A stretch of DNA of 64,000 nt from Zootoca vivipara (taxonomy: Eukaryota), in assembly GCF_963506605.1 (NCBI RefSeq), contig NC_083290.1, positions 5,642,001 through 5,706,000 on the forward strand. The letters are read 5' to 3'. Position 1 is the stretch's first letter. Each line of letters begins with the position of its first letter. The notes under the pieces were generated by a model, which had not been told where the DNA came from, searched no databases, and was given only the letters and a program-made list of their open reading frames with translations. The position numbers and the translations under genes are program-made. Below, piece after piece: positions 38,609 through 50,842 of the stretch.

Positions 38609-38797
38609 GTTGTAGCTCAGTGGCAGAGCATCTGCTTTCCTCGTACAAGGTCTCAGGTTCAACCCCCAGCATCTCCACGGAGGGCTGGGAGGGCTCTCCC
38701 TCTGAAACCCTGGAGAGTTGCTGCCAATCCATGCAGAGAACACTGAGCTCGATGGACCATGGGGGCGACTCTTTATAAGGCAGCTTCTAACGTTCTT
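38609..38797 (+). mobile_element. tRNA-Ala-like SINE with a CR1-type tail; representative (others near 38862, 39853, 41198, 29538 and 55051 on +, and 6045-6352, 16620-16750, 40170-40352 and 53268-53440 on -)
   Basis: A-box tagctcagtggcagagc, B-box ggttcaaccccc, shared body tgaaaccctggagag...ctgagctagatggacc and tail aggcagcttc. Confidence 0.8.
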
Positions 38798-40750
38798 AAG
38801 TCAGCCCTATATTTAAAGCCATGAGGACTAGATTCTTACTTTGTTTTTAGGGCACAGACAGTAGGCTCAGTGGTGGGGCATTTGCTTTGCATGCTTAAGT
38901 CCCAGGTTCAATCCCTGGTCTCTTCAGGTAGAGCTAGGAATGCCCCCTGGGAGACCTGCTGCCAGTCAGAGGAGGCAATACTGAGCTACTTAGGCATTAG
39001 ACAGCTCCTTATGATTCTATGATGGCAATAGGCAGAATTCAAGGTAAGGCGCTGAATTCAAAACAGTGGTTCTCAGTGTGAGCAGCATGAATTCTTGAGA
39101 CATCTTTGGCGTAGGACATTTGGGGGGGGGCTCACAGCGGGGTCTTGCTAGTGCCCCCACACAAAAGTCTGGCACCAGTCTTGCATTAATAAACCATGGA
39201 ACAGCACAATCTTGACATATCAAGAGCAGAATTATCATGGGTTGTTTTTTTTAAATAGAGAATTTAGTCCGTGTGCTTACTGTGTTCTATAAGAAAAGAG
39301 CCTCTTTTGGGACTCAGATGTATCGCGTCAATAGAAACTTGGTGCCAGATAATGGCTTTAGCCATCGTCTTCCTCCCCGGAGACTAAGAGCACATCATCA
39401 ACCTGAGGTTGACAAGCGTCGGGGGGAAAGTGGGGCCGGCACTGGCTGCTGGACACAGAGCCACTGCTGCTGTATCACCACGTCCAAATCGCCTGGTCTC
39501 TTCCAAGGGGAGAAGAGCCCCCCTCACCCCCCCTCCAGCATCTTCTAGGATGAGTAGTTGGCAGAAGCGCCGGCGCTGTCATAGCAGGAAACTGATGCAC
39601 CAAACAGCCGCTTATTTACTTTTGATAAATGTGTCCCTGTGCCTCTTCCCCACTTCCTCCAGCCATCCCAATCACCGCGGGGGAAATGGGATGTTTTTCA
39701 GAGGACCATTAAGCGCCAGAGGAAGAATAGGCAAAGAGCACCATAAATTAACAACAGGCAGTCAGAGAGGGTTAAGGCAATTGACTTTTTTGCCTTAAAG
39801 CCATGGGATCAAATCTCATCAGGTGGCCACCCCATCTAGTAAGACACCCCCTTAAGGGCAGAACATATGCTTTGCATGCAGAAGGTCCAACATTCAATAT
39901 CTAGCATCTTCTGGTAGGGCTGGGAATGCAGCCTGCTTGAAACCCCAGAGTCCTGTGTTAGGTGGACCAATGGTCTAACTCTGTGTTCCTCTTTTATTTT
40001 ATCATTTACTCAGCTGCCTATGTCCCTCTTTTAATTAATCATTCATTCAGAACCACGAGGACTTGAAGTTTTTGAGAAGAAAGGCCAGAGCTCAGAGGCA
40101 GACGGAATACTTTGCATGGAAAATGTTCAGTTCCTGACTTCTCCAGGCAGGAACATCTCCAGCAAAGGAATGTACAAAGCTGCCTTATACCAAGTCAGAC
40201 CACTCGTCCATCTAGCTCAGTGTTGTCTACACTGACTGGCAGCAGCTCTCCAGGGTTTCAGACAAGAAATCTCTCTGCCACCTCCACTGGAAGATGGCAA
40301 GGATTGAACCAGGGGCTTTCTGCACACAAAGCAGCTGCTATAGCACTGAGTTAGTGTTGCTTGATGTGGTACCACAGCCTTGTCAATGTTTGGATGTGTG
40401 CCAAGATTGCAGCTCAGCATCTCCTACAGATAGAGCCCCTTCTATTCTCCACCCCACCCCAATGGTGGAAATCCATAGCTAAAGCAAGTGGGAGACTTCA
40501 GAAATCCACTCTTCGGGTCAAACAACAGCAATTCTTGGTGACTGAACCACATTGCCACCACATCAAACTGTCAGCATCTATCGGCCCCCTTGAACACAGA
40601 CTACAAAAATCAAATGAGCTCTCATGGGGTTTTGTTTTTTGTTTTGCTTTTTGGTGTTTTTTTTTAAAGGTTTAAGAATTCCTGACTCAACTACAACAAA
40701 GAAAGTTTTTAGGGGGGTGGGGAACCTCCAGCTCAGACCATAAGCATATA

Positions 40751-40991
40751 CAAGTGGTACCTCTACTTACGAATAACTCTACTTACGAATGTTTCTACTT
40801 ACGAACGGAGCTCCGTCTGCCATCTTGGATACGGTTTAGATAGGATTTTTTCTACTTACAAATTTTTAGATAGGGTTGCGACTTACGAATTTTTTCTCCC
40901 AATGCATTCCTATGGGATTCGACTTACAAATGTTTTTGACTTACGAATGTGTGTTCGGAACGCATTAAATTCGTAAGTAGAGGTACCACTG
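40751..40991. mobile_element. Tc1/mariner (Tigger-like) MITE, second copy of 268-510
   Basis: Same TIRs and internal sequence; TA flanks. Confidence 0.9.
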
Positions 40992-41442
40992 TATGTCATT
41001 TTTTAAAAGTTTTTAAAACCTGGAAGTTTAATGCTAAAATCTGAAAATTTTGAAGGAGAGTTGGTCACAAACTGGTTATAATTTGAGGCACCCATATCCA
41101 AGTTTGGTACAGTTACCCCCACCCACCCACCCACCCAAGAGTTTTCCTTTCTAAAGGTTCAGGAAGTTCTACTTGCGCACACGCACGCACACAGAAGGTC
41201 TGTAGCTCATTGGTAGAGCATCTGCCTTGCATGCAGATGGTCCTAGGTTCCATCCCCGGCATCTCCAGGTAGGGCTGCGAGGGAGACCCCCTGCTTGAAA
41301 CCCTGGAGAGCCGCTACCAGTCGGTGTAGACAACACTGAGCTAGATTATGGGTGAGAGTGCATACACTGGCATCTACTGTTGAAAATAACATTTTATAAA
41401 AGGAATTACATTAGGCAAATCTGCAAACAGAAAATTGGTATA

Positions 41443-41665
41443 CAGTCGTACCTTGGAAGTTGAACGGAATCCATTCCGGAAGTCCGTTCGACTTCCAAAA
41501 CATTCGGAAACCAAAGTGCGGCCAATTGGAAGCTGCGGAACCCCCCCGTCGGATGTCCGGGTTCCAAAAGAATGTTCAAAAACCGGAACACTCACTTCTG
41601 GGTTTCAATCGTTCGGGAGCCGAAATGTACGAGTACCCAGACGTTTGACAACCAAGGTACAACTG
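41443..41665. mobile_element. Tc1/mariner MITE, different family
   Basis: TIRs CAGTCGTACCTTGG / CCAAGGTACAACTG with a TA TSD. Confidence 0.85.
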
Positions 41666-41721
41666 TATTTGGAGAAGTGAGTAGTTAGAATGCTGGTGGA
41701 TTTTCCTAAGAAAACAATAAA

Positions 41722-41850
41722 TCATAGTTGGAAGGGGCCACGAGGCTCGCCTAGTCCAACCCCCTGCAATTCAGGAATCTTTCGCCCAACATGGGGCTCA
41801 AATCCATGGTCCTGAGGTTAAGAGCCTCATGCTCTTTGCCGACTGAACTA
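41722..41850 (-). mobile_element. tRNA-Lys-derived SINE with a CR1 3' tail
   Basis: Minus strand has the head tagttcagtcggcaaagagcatgaggctcttaacctcagg...ccccatgttgggcg, then gggggttggactag...cccttccaactatg. Tail-only copies lie near 37905, 56945, 57485 and 63115. Confidence 0.75.
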
Positions 41851-43774
41851 TAATGCAACCTGATGCCAAAAATATGGCAAGCTGAAGTTAAGATTGGGGG
41901 AATGGGGGGGGGAGAGAACCTGAAAGAAACCAAAATTGACAGATCAACACATCCACACCCTCTTGTTTGCAATCCCTGCAACTGGAATTCGGCAACGCAC
42001 TGCCTCCGAAACTGGATGTGAAATACAGCCATCCTGTTGCCAGGGGGCAGGGGTGTGAGTTAGTAAATGGGTGGGTGGGCCCCATGCCTAAAGGCTAGAT
42101 AGATGGCCTTTCAAACTCTACGCTGTTCAGAAGTTTTTAGAGATCTGATTATGTACAACTTACTTTGGGGCAGCGGCGGGGGGTGGGGGGGGGAGAAGAC
42201 TAAGAAAGTACGGCAATAAAATCAGGAAGGGATTTTATTTCCCCGCAAAATCCGAGGGGGCAGGAAAGGAAGTACCCCATACAGATCTGATTTCACACTT
42301 TAATTCAGAAAAGGTTATTAGCAGCCATGGAAGAACCATGTAATGCCTTGAAATCAAGGCTAGTTTCCCTGCTGCGTTGGCTTCAGCAAAGGGGAAAGCG
42401 GATCCCTCGGTTATCTCAAGGCCATGATGTGGGGAGAAACTGACACCTATTGGTAGCTTTCAGATTACTCCACGAACTCTGTCCCCCCCCCCCCCTTTGA
42501 AGAAAGGGAAGCTGCTTTAAGCTTTAAACACACACACTAAGAGCAAAACGATGTAATGCAAAGACTAAGTAAATTCAAGGCATTTCCACCCCCTCTCCTG
42601 CCATTAAATTCTAAGCTTATTTAGCTATATCTTTCCTTTTAAGGACAACCAAACCTACTTCTAAAGTAAGCTTGGGTTCCAGCATGCAGGGAGGGGACCA
42701 CGCTAGGCAAACAAATATACATTAAGGCTAGCCTAGTTCATCCTCTTCAAAAAGTCAGAAAAGTTTGCATTTAACATCTGGGGCAAAAGACAGATTTCTG
42801 CTTACACAAACTGAAGTTGGGGCTTCTGTCAGGGTGGACCTCAGTTCCTCTCTTTCTTCAGATGCCCTGTTGTCTCCCCATAGAACGAGACAGGGACATG
42901 CAAACGTGGACACTAATTCATGCACTGATTTATTTGTTTAAAAACATGTAGCCTACTGTTCCAGTGGAGACTCAAAGCATAAATAAAAGAAGCAGTGCAC
43001 CCTCCTCAAACTTGGTACACAGTCGTTCTTTTCCGCATTAAGAACTGGAGGTACGATTCAGTCTAGTTGATACAGAACCAGCTAGGGACAGGCAAATCTG
43101 TCAATTCCAATTTATCCTTTTTCCAATCATCAGTTCTGCACATGTCAACATGAGCTGGGTTTTTTTTTAAAGTCCTCATGAAAACCCATCAACATTTCCC
43201 CTAATACACGCATCTCTACTCACACCTTTCCCTGGTATATTTATTTTTGAACTCATTACTTGGCGTGAGAACAGCACAAGAAAATTCAGAGAAGCGTGGA
43301 CTTCGAAGTATGGTTGTCGCTTTGGTTTGTGGATTGCTTCATAAACTGTGAATGCCAGCTGAATCTAATTTCTCCCCCATCACTGGAACCAACTCATGTG
43401 AACGCCATAGGTGACACAGAATTCCAGGCAGGCAAGTGAGCAGGGCTGATTTCTGTCTCCCCAACCAGTCTGCTTGATTTCTGTGCTGTCTAGAAAGGGA
43501 GCATAAAAATGCAGCAAGCTGGGTAAGGGTGAACAGAGCTAGGGCCAAGCCCAAGACATTTTGGCACCTGAGGTGAACCCACAAAATGTTGCCTCTCACC
43601 GGCAAGTAAAGAAGCGGGGAGTGAAGTTCTACACTGGGAACATAGGCATGGAATCAAGTCAACCTTACCCCAACGGTTGAAGGTGGTTGCAGAACGCAGG
43701 AGACCCCAAAGTGCAGCCCTTGCCATTTTCCCCTTAAAGGTTGGAGGAGGCCAGCAGTGCCTCCTATTTGTCTA

Positions 43775-44330
43775 GAGGCAGCATTCTCGGTAGTGGCGCC
43801 CGCCCTGTGGAACGGCCTCCCATCAGAAAAACAACTACCAGACTTTTAAGTAATAGATTAAGAGTTTAATTGTTTAGAATCACTAGATATGGTATTATGA
43901 TAATATTTAAGCAAATCTAGAAGTATGTAAGATTACGAATTTACTAAGCTAGATATGTAAAGAAGCGTAGCGGGAGGAGGGAGAGGAAGTCAACAGATTA
44001 GATTAGTAATAAGGATATCAAATATGAATTTTTGTTTTTGTAAAATTTTCTTCTTTTTGTGTGTTTTTGTATTCTTACTTCTTTTTGTTGTATGTCATTT
44101 TTGTTTCTTCTTTTTATATTTCTCTTTTTATATATATAAAAAAACCTTAATAAATACGTTAAAAAAAAGAAAAAGAAAAAGAAAAACAACTACCAGACTT
44201 TTAGAAGACATCTGAAGGCAGCCCTGTTTAGGGAGGCTTTTAATGTTTAATAGATACTGTATTTTATTTTTCTGTTGGAAGCCGCCCAGAGTGGCTGGGG
44301 AAACCCAGCCAGATGGGTGGGGTATAAATA

Positions 44331-44380
<50 letters not shown>
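43775..44380 (+). mobile_element. L2-clade LINE 3' end with (TTA)n tail; host of the nested L1 fragment
   Basis: ctgaaggcagccctgtttagggagg...ggaagccgcccagagtggctgggg...(tta)n. Same family as 16890-17085 and 1538-1620. Confidence 0.8.
43849..44179 (+). mobile_element. L1-type 3' UTR fragment with poly(A) tail, nested in an L2 3' end
   Basis: AATAAA followed by an A-rich tail, flanked by the direct repeat AGAAAAACAACTACCAGACTTTTA (43825-43848 and 44180-44203). Confidence 0.75.
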
Positions 44381-44381
<1 letters not shown>

Positions 44382-45143
44382 GCGGGAGCTGCCAAGGAGG
44401 AAGCAGATTTGGCCTCTAAGGAGAGTGCTGCAGCAGACAATGCATTCCTTGGATACTCGAATCTGCTGCTCCTGTGGATTCTGCCACCCAAAGCAGTCAC
44501 CTCACCTTGCCTCGTGGGTGGGCTGACCCTGGACACAGCAATCCCTCCGTCCTTCTGACAGCCCCCTTGGCAGAATACAAATTATTTTACCAGTCTGCTT
44601 AGAGACTAATTGATTGCATTTCTATGCTGGCTGCAGAAGAGGGGGCCTTATCCTATTCCACGGTCAGCCCAGAGTTCTAGGCCACTAACCCCTTAGCAGG
44701 CTAGTAAAGAATCTACAAGCTTAGAACATGTGTAGGCTTGTTTACAAGGCTATTACAGTCTGCACTAAAACAAATATTGGGGGGGGGGGTTTCCAACCAT
44801 CAGTTGTGGTGTTGGCAGCATCAAAGAATCCCAATGTGTCTTTGCTTTCTGCTTCAGGATGACGTCACTGCAGCTGGGGGTAGAGGTGGTGGGGAAATCA
44901 GCACTGCAGATTCCTGCTCTGATGGATTTAGAAGCAACAAGGGATGCTGCAGCCCCTCTGATGACACAATAGTTCTCAACCACCTGACACCTGTGCAGTG
45001 GAGTCCACCACAGTTTCATCTAATTCCCCATGCTCTTTAACATCCACTGGGTGAGGTCATCCAGGGATTTGGAGCATGCTGTCATCAATTTGTGGATGAC
45101 AACCAGCTCTATTTCTCCTTGTCAGCAGAATCGGGGAAGGCCG

Positions 45144-45203
<60 letters not shown>
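45144..45203. repeat. (TGC)20 microsatellite (CTG/CAG class)
   Basis: Pure trinucleotide run. Confidence 0.98.
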
Positions 45204-45208
<5 letters not shown>

Positions 45209-45369
45209 TGCAGGCAGTAATGGGCTGGATGAGAGTCAACCCACTGAGATGGAATGCTGAGGAGGTGCAGTTCACATGCCCAGGATGCAGAAAGATGATC
45301 TGCTCCTAACAGGGATGCCCTCCCCTTAAAGGAGCAGGTTTGTATTTGGGGGGGGGGAAACTACTAGAT

Positions 45370-45505
45370 AAGGCACAGGCAAACTCGGCCCTCCAGATGT
45401 TTTGGGACTACAACTCCCACCATCCCTGACCAGTGGTCCTGTTAGCTAGGGATGACGGGAGTTGTAGTCCCAAAACATCTGGAGGGCTGAGGTTGCCTAT
45501 GCCTG
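45370..45505. mobile_element. hAT MITE (hairpin family)
   Basis: 8-bp TSD TACTAGAT and inverted arms. Confidence 0.9.
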
Positions 45506-45519
45506 TACTAGATCTAGTA

Positions 45520-45761
45520 CAGGGGTACCCAAACTAAGGCCCGGGGGCCAGATGCAGCCCAATCGCCTTCTCAATCCGGCCCGCGGAAGGTCAGCATGTT
45601 TTTACATGAGTAGAATGTGTCCTTTTATTTAAAATGCATCTCTAAGTTATTTGTGGGGCATAGGAATTTGTTCACATTTTTTTTCAAAATATAGTCCAGC
45701 CCCCCACAAGGTCTGAGGGACAGTGGACCGGCCCCCTGCTGAAAAGGTTTGCTGACCCCTG
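45520..45761. mobile_element. hAT-Charlie-like MITE, 242 bp
   Basis: CAGGGGTACCCAAACT...GTTTGCTGACCCCTG with 8-bp TSD ATCTAGTA. Confidence 0.9.
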
Positions 45762-47246
45762 ATCTAGTACACGTGGCATCTGTGATATGAAGTACATTTT
45801 TCTCCAGCTATGGCTAGTTTGCCAGTTATAGCCATTCCTGGACCGAGATGGTCCACAACTTTGCACCTAAGTACTCAAAGACGTGCCTCTCCCTATATCA
45901 ATCTGGCTGATCCCTAAGATCTGCAAAAGAGACCCTTCTAGGGGTCCTGCCAGCACTTCTGGGGTGCATCGGGCATTAACTGAGGGCCTTTTCTGTGGTG
46001 GCACACCAGGGTATAGAATTCCCTCCCATTAGAAATTAGTCATATTTCTATATTGTATGTCTTTCTCCACCAATTGAAAACATATTTTTTCACCAAGCCA
46101 CTAGAAGGTAGTTGATGAATGCTGGTCAAATATAACTGCTGTCTGCTGTTGCTTGGTATGGATTTTAGTACTGGTCTTCATTTGCTATATAGCCCATGCA
46201 GGGGAACCTTTTGCCCTCCAGATGCTGCTGAACTACAACTCCCATCAGCACCAGCAAGCATGGTCAATGGCCAGGAATGACAGAAGTTGTATTTGGCAAC
46301 ATCTGGTGGGCCAAAGGTTCTCCACAACTGTTATATCGTGTTTTATAATTTTAATTTTAATAATACGTTTTATGTGTATAAACTTATATATGGTGAAGAG
46401 TGGAACAGAAATTTATTGAACTAATAAATAAAAATTTAAAAAATAGTGTGCCCTGGCATAACCTTTGTGCCTTACAGTAGACAATGTCTTTAAAAACAAG
46501 AATAGACCAATAATGCCAAGTCAGTATAAAACAGGAAACAATCTGAAATAGCAACTCCCAACCATCTACAACCCAGGCAACTTATTAGAAGTGTCAACTA
46601 AGTAATGCTGGTGTATTTCTGATTAGAGTGGTTCAAAGGGTCCTCGCTGTAAGTTCCTGCCGTCGGGGGTAACCAAGCTTACCTGTGAAAAGGTGTCATT
46701 TCTGCATCATCAAACACAGCGATTACATGGAAGTAAACATTCTCTAAACATCCATGTTTTACAAAAGGTATCTCTAGCCCAATATGAGTTTGCTTGAGGG
46801 ATATCATATGTGGTCTGAAATACTAGGGGAGCGATTGTGCACTTCCTTAGTGGCATCCCTTTTGCACACGTCCCATTGAATAAGCAACTATTATCCCATT
46901 AGAAAACCATTTTAAACCAGAAGGAATCTGGGAGCAACACTTTAAACACACGTTTTAATTCCTACAGCAGTAGGATGAGGATTGTCAACAGGTTGGGAGC
47001 CAGAAAAAGCAAACGGGAACAATCCAATGGGGATGGATGGGCACTGTGTAAGAGCACATCTCTCTCGCAAAACTCTCCTACCAGGAATGATGGACCTGAG
47101 GCTGATGGGAATTTGAGTCCAGAATCATTTGGGGGAGGTCACCTCCATTTTATACCTTTCAAAGGAGCTTGTGCAGGACAAATCCCCATGACATGCCCCT
47201 TGGTTTTAAAAGTACTGGGTCCCCAACAGATCAACAATAGCACCTA

Positions 47247-47489
<243 letters not shown>

Positions 47490-47502
47490 TCATTTCCATA
47501 GG

Positions 47503-47555
<53 letters not shown>
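47503..47555. repeat. (AAT)n microsatellite; additional (GT/CA)n runs at 6737-6767, 38036-38079, 48283-48331 and 59430-59479
   Basis: Read directly from the sequence. Confidence 0.95.
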
Positions 47556-47556
<1 letters not shown>

Positions 47557-47557
47557 A

Positions 47558-47922
47558 CAGGTCCCGCTTTACAAATGCTCACTATGCAAAAATTCACTTA
47601 TCTGAACACAAAGAATCATTACCCAAACCTCAATATATACACACCACAGATTCAAATATCTGAACAGAAAGCACCTTTTACTTCCTTGTTTGCCTTTTGC
47701 TGATTGGTTGAGGGAGGAAGATGGAGTGATTGGACAAATCAGAGAGCATTTTCTCTGGGTTTTCCCATCTCCCCTCACCCCATGTTGGCATCAAAATTCC
47801 ATGGCTGGAAACAATTAGAAAATTTCACATAGGAATCAATGGAAATCATTGACTTATTACATGAATACTCGCCTAACGAGCTATTTCCAGGGAAATGCAC
47901 TGTGTTTGTAAAGCGGGATCTG
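47558..47922. mobile_element. Older Tigger-like MITE
   Basis: TIRs CAGGTCCCGCTTTACAAA / TTTGTAAAGCGGGATCTG. Flanks are decayed. Confidence 0.65.
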
Positions 47923-48281
47923 TGTGTCATTATAATTATTATAATCATGATCATTGGAAGTTGTCTGTTCTCTTTGCATCTGGACCCCTCTTAAGACGCC
48001 ATCACCAAATTTTGTACGGTGGTTCCTGAGATCAAGGAGCAAGTTTTTTCCCTATATTTGGACATAAAGGTGGGCGCCATTTTGCTTCAAGATGGCAGAC
48101 TGAACCTTTCAAAACTGCACTGACTTGAAGCAATGACTTCAAAACTACCTTGATTTTTTTGTTTGTTTGTTTCTTAGAGTTCCTGAGCAATGCTGGGTAT
48201 GAGGCTGCTAACATATTTTAGGGAGCAGGCACTGCAGGCACAGAAGCTGAATTCTGTGGCCAATACCAGATTGAGTTATTT

Positions 48282-48335
<54 letters not shown>

Positions 48336-49254
48336 CTCAAGCAGCAATCCTGGGTGTGAGAATGCAGGAATTGCAAATGTAATGTGTGCCCCCATTTCCA
48401 CCTGTGAGATGCCAGAGAGAACACAAGAAGGTTTGTACCTCTTTAATAAAACCAATGTTATGCCTCCTGCAACTTACATTTATTTTTTTAAAAGCATCCT
48501 TTCTCCCCGGTGACTCAAAATGAAAATCCATCACAACCACACGACATATTAATCTAAAAAGTGTTTCATCCTCAAAAATAATCACATTGCTGGTTTTTAT
48601 TGCAAATCTGCCGGGCGTAACAGCCGTGCCTTATTTGCGGAAAGTGTTTTGTGTGTCCCCCGTTCCCCTCCCCACACCCTCCATACAATGGAATTAAGAG
48701 GAGGGGGGGTGGGATAGGGTTTTATGTAATGAATCACTTAAAATGATTATCAGGGCATGAAGCACAAGGACGACGACAACAAAACAAAAATTTCAAGGGG
48801 ACAGCAGCTGGGAAGCCATTTTAGACCTCTGCAGTAGACACCACACGTGGAAACAGCTGCAGCTGGTGCAAAATCCTGCAGTGAGGCTATTGGCTGTAGC
48901 AGCACATAACTCAGGTGATTAAAAGCTTGCACTGGCTGCCCATATGTTATTGGGCCAAGTTTAAGGATCTTGTATTGATTTACAAGGCCCTTAACAACTT
49001 GGGTCCAGGATACCTTAAGGACTGCCTGATCCCTTATAACCCTGCCAGATCACTGGGATCTTTGGGGGAGTCTTTGTTGGCCTGCCTCCTCTCCCCCCCC
49101 CCAATGGCTCAGATGTGCAGCTCATAACTACTCAAAAGCCTGCATTTGGTCCAAGCTGCTCCCATGGAAGGCAATGATGGACAACAACATGAAATATAAA
49201 TGGCAAAAGTGGGTTGGGGGCTGGATGGAGCCCAAAAGTATCCAAAAGGGCTTA

Positions 49255-49407
<153 letters not shown>

Positions 49408-49983
49408 TCAGCTTGCAAATTCAAGGAGTTATGATTAGGATACAAAGCCTACAAAAGCTTCTGAGCAGTTTATCTGAAGGATCGCTTGGCCCATGTGTGG
49501 CTGCTCAGCAGCTTCAATCTGCAGAAGTAGCACTTTGACAAGCACCGTATTACTGTTGTTTCCACATTTGCGAGAAATGGATCGTTTAAGTAAGGCAGCG
49601 CCTATGCTCTAGAACTCCCTGCCAACTGATATAGGGTAGGCCCCTTCTCTATATCATTTCTGAAACTTGCTAAAACATTTTTGCTTAGACAAGGCTACCC
49701 AAACATGTCATTTTATTATGTACATTTGTTTTGGTTTTTTAACTGTTGGTCTTATCTACATTTTGATAATTTTATTATGCTTACTGTTTCAAAGTCTGCT
49801 TTTACTGTTATTCTTAAATGAGCATTTCATGCTGTTTTATGTAAACCACTTACAAGATTTATTTATTGATTAAGCTGGGAAAATAAAATAAACAAACAAA
49901 ATGCATTTGAATATATAACAGTCAGAATGATGATTCCCCAGCAGAGCAGAAAAATGACTGAATGTAGCAATCTGCAGAATAAT

Positions 49984-50061
49984 GAAGAAGAAGAAGAAGA
50001 AGAAGAAGAAGAAGAAGAAGAAGAAGAAGAAGAAGAAGAAGAAGAAGAAGAAGAAGAAGAA
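49984..50061. repeat. (GAA)26 microsatellite
   Basis: Pure trinucleotide run read directly from the sequence. Confidence 0.98.
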
Positions 50062-50487
50062 GAGAGCACATATAGTGGCTCAGATGCCGGATTTGGGGGA
50101 TGGGGGAGAGATCAGATTTGCAGCCCAACAGCAGTTCAGTGCTTCCACATAGCTTCCTGCAGCTCCCCATACTAACAAAGCTTGCATCAATTGCATTTTT
50201 TAAAGAAAGGATTCAAAATGCAGACTAAATTAAGCAAAGTAAGAGAAACTATAACTATTCAAGCTGCACAGTTTTATGCGTTTTGAAAAATATGGTATTA
50301 TCATTATGAAGTTTACAAACCAACATGACACCAAGACATGGCTTCTGGAGATTTGGGTTGAAACTGCACATTATGAACTTTGGGGCCCGCATCAGAGTGG
50401 GGGCTTAGGGGCAGAGATCAAGGGCCCTGCAGTGCTTGGCAGCGTGAGCAGGAGTGGGCCCACATGAAAGAGGTGCAGTTGATCATA

Positions 50488-50842
50488 AAGGTAAAGGTAA
50501 AGGGACCCCTGACCATTAGGTCCAGTCGTGACCGACTCTGGGGTTGCACGCTCATCTCGCATTATTGGCCAAGGGAGCCAGCGTATAGCTTCCAGGTCAT
50601 GTGGCCAGCATGACAAAGCCGCTTCTGGCAAACCAGAGCAGCACATGGAAACGCCGTTTACCTTCCCGCTGTAGCGGTGCCTATTTATCTACTTGCATTT
50701 TGACGTGCTTTCGAACTGCTAGGTTGGCAGGAGCTGGGACCAAGCAACGGGAGCTCACCCCGTCACAGGGATTCGAACCGCCGACCTTCTGATCAGCGAG
50801 CCCTAGGCTCAGTGGTTTAGCCCACAGCGCCACCTGGGTCCC
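50488..50842 (-). mobile_element. Sauria SINE, full length
   Basis: Nearly identical to 7811-8168. TSD GCAGTTGATCATA/GCAGATGATCATA. Confidence 0.92.

Larger units (their letters stand above)
45280..46110 (+). mobile_element. Degraded L2-like LINE segment hosting two hAT MITEs
   Basis: Contains ctccccttaaaggagcaggt (LPLKEQV) and gagggccttttctgtggtggca. Heavily decayed; boundaries approximate. Confidence 0.55.

Noticed and set aside
41198-41270. tRNA-Ala-like sequence
   Set aside because: It has a degenerate B-box and continues into the shared SINE body, so it is a SINE head rather than a tRNA gene. The same applies to the tRNA-Lys-like sequence at 41780-41850.
49863-50175. Poly-Glu/Ser/Leu ORFs (also poly-Cys/Ala at 45030-45275 and poly-Ile at 16804 and 44275)
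   Set aside because: These are translations of microsatellites.
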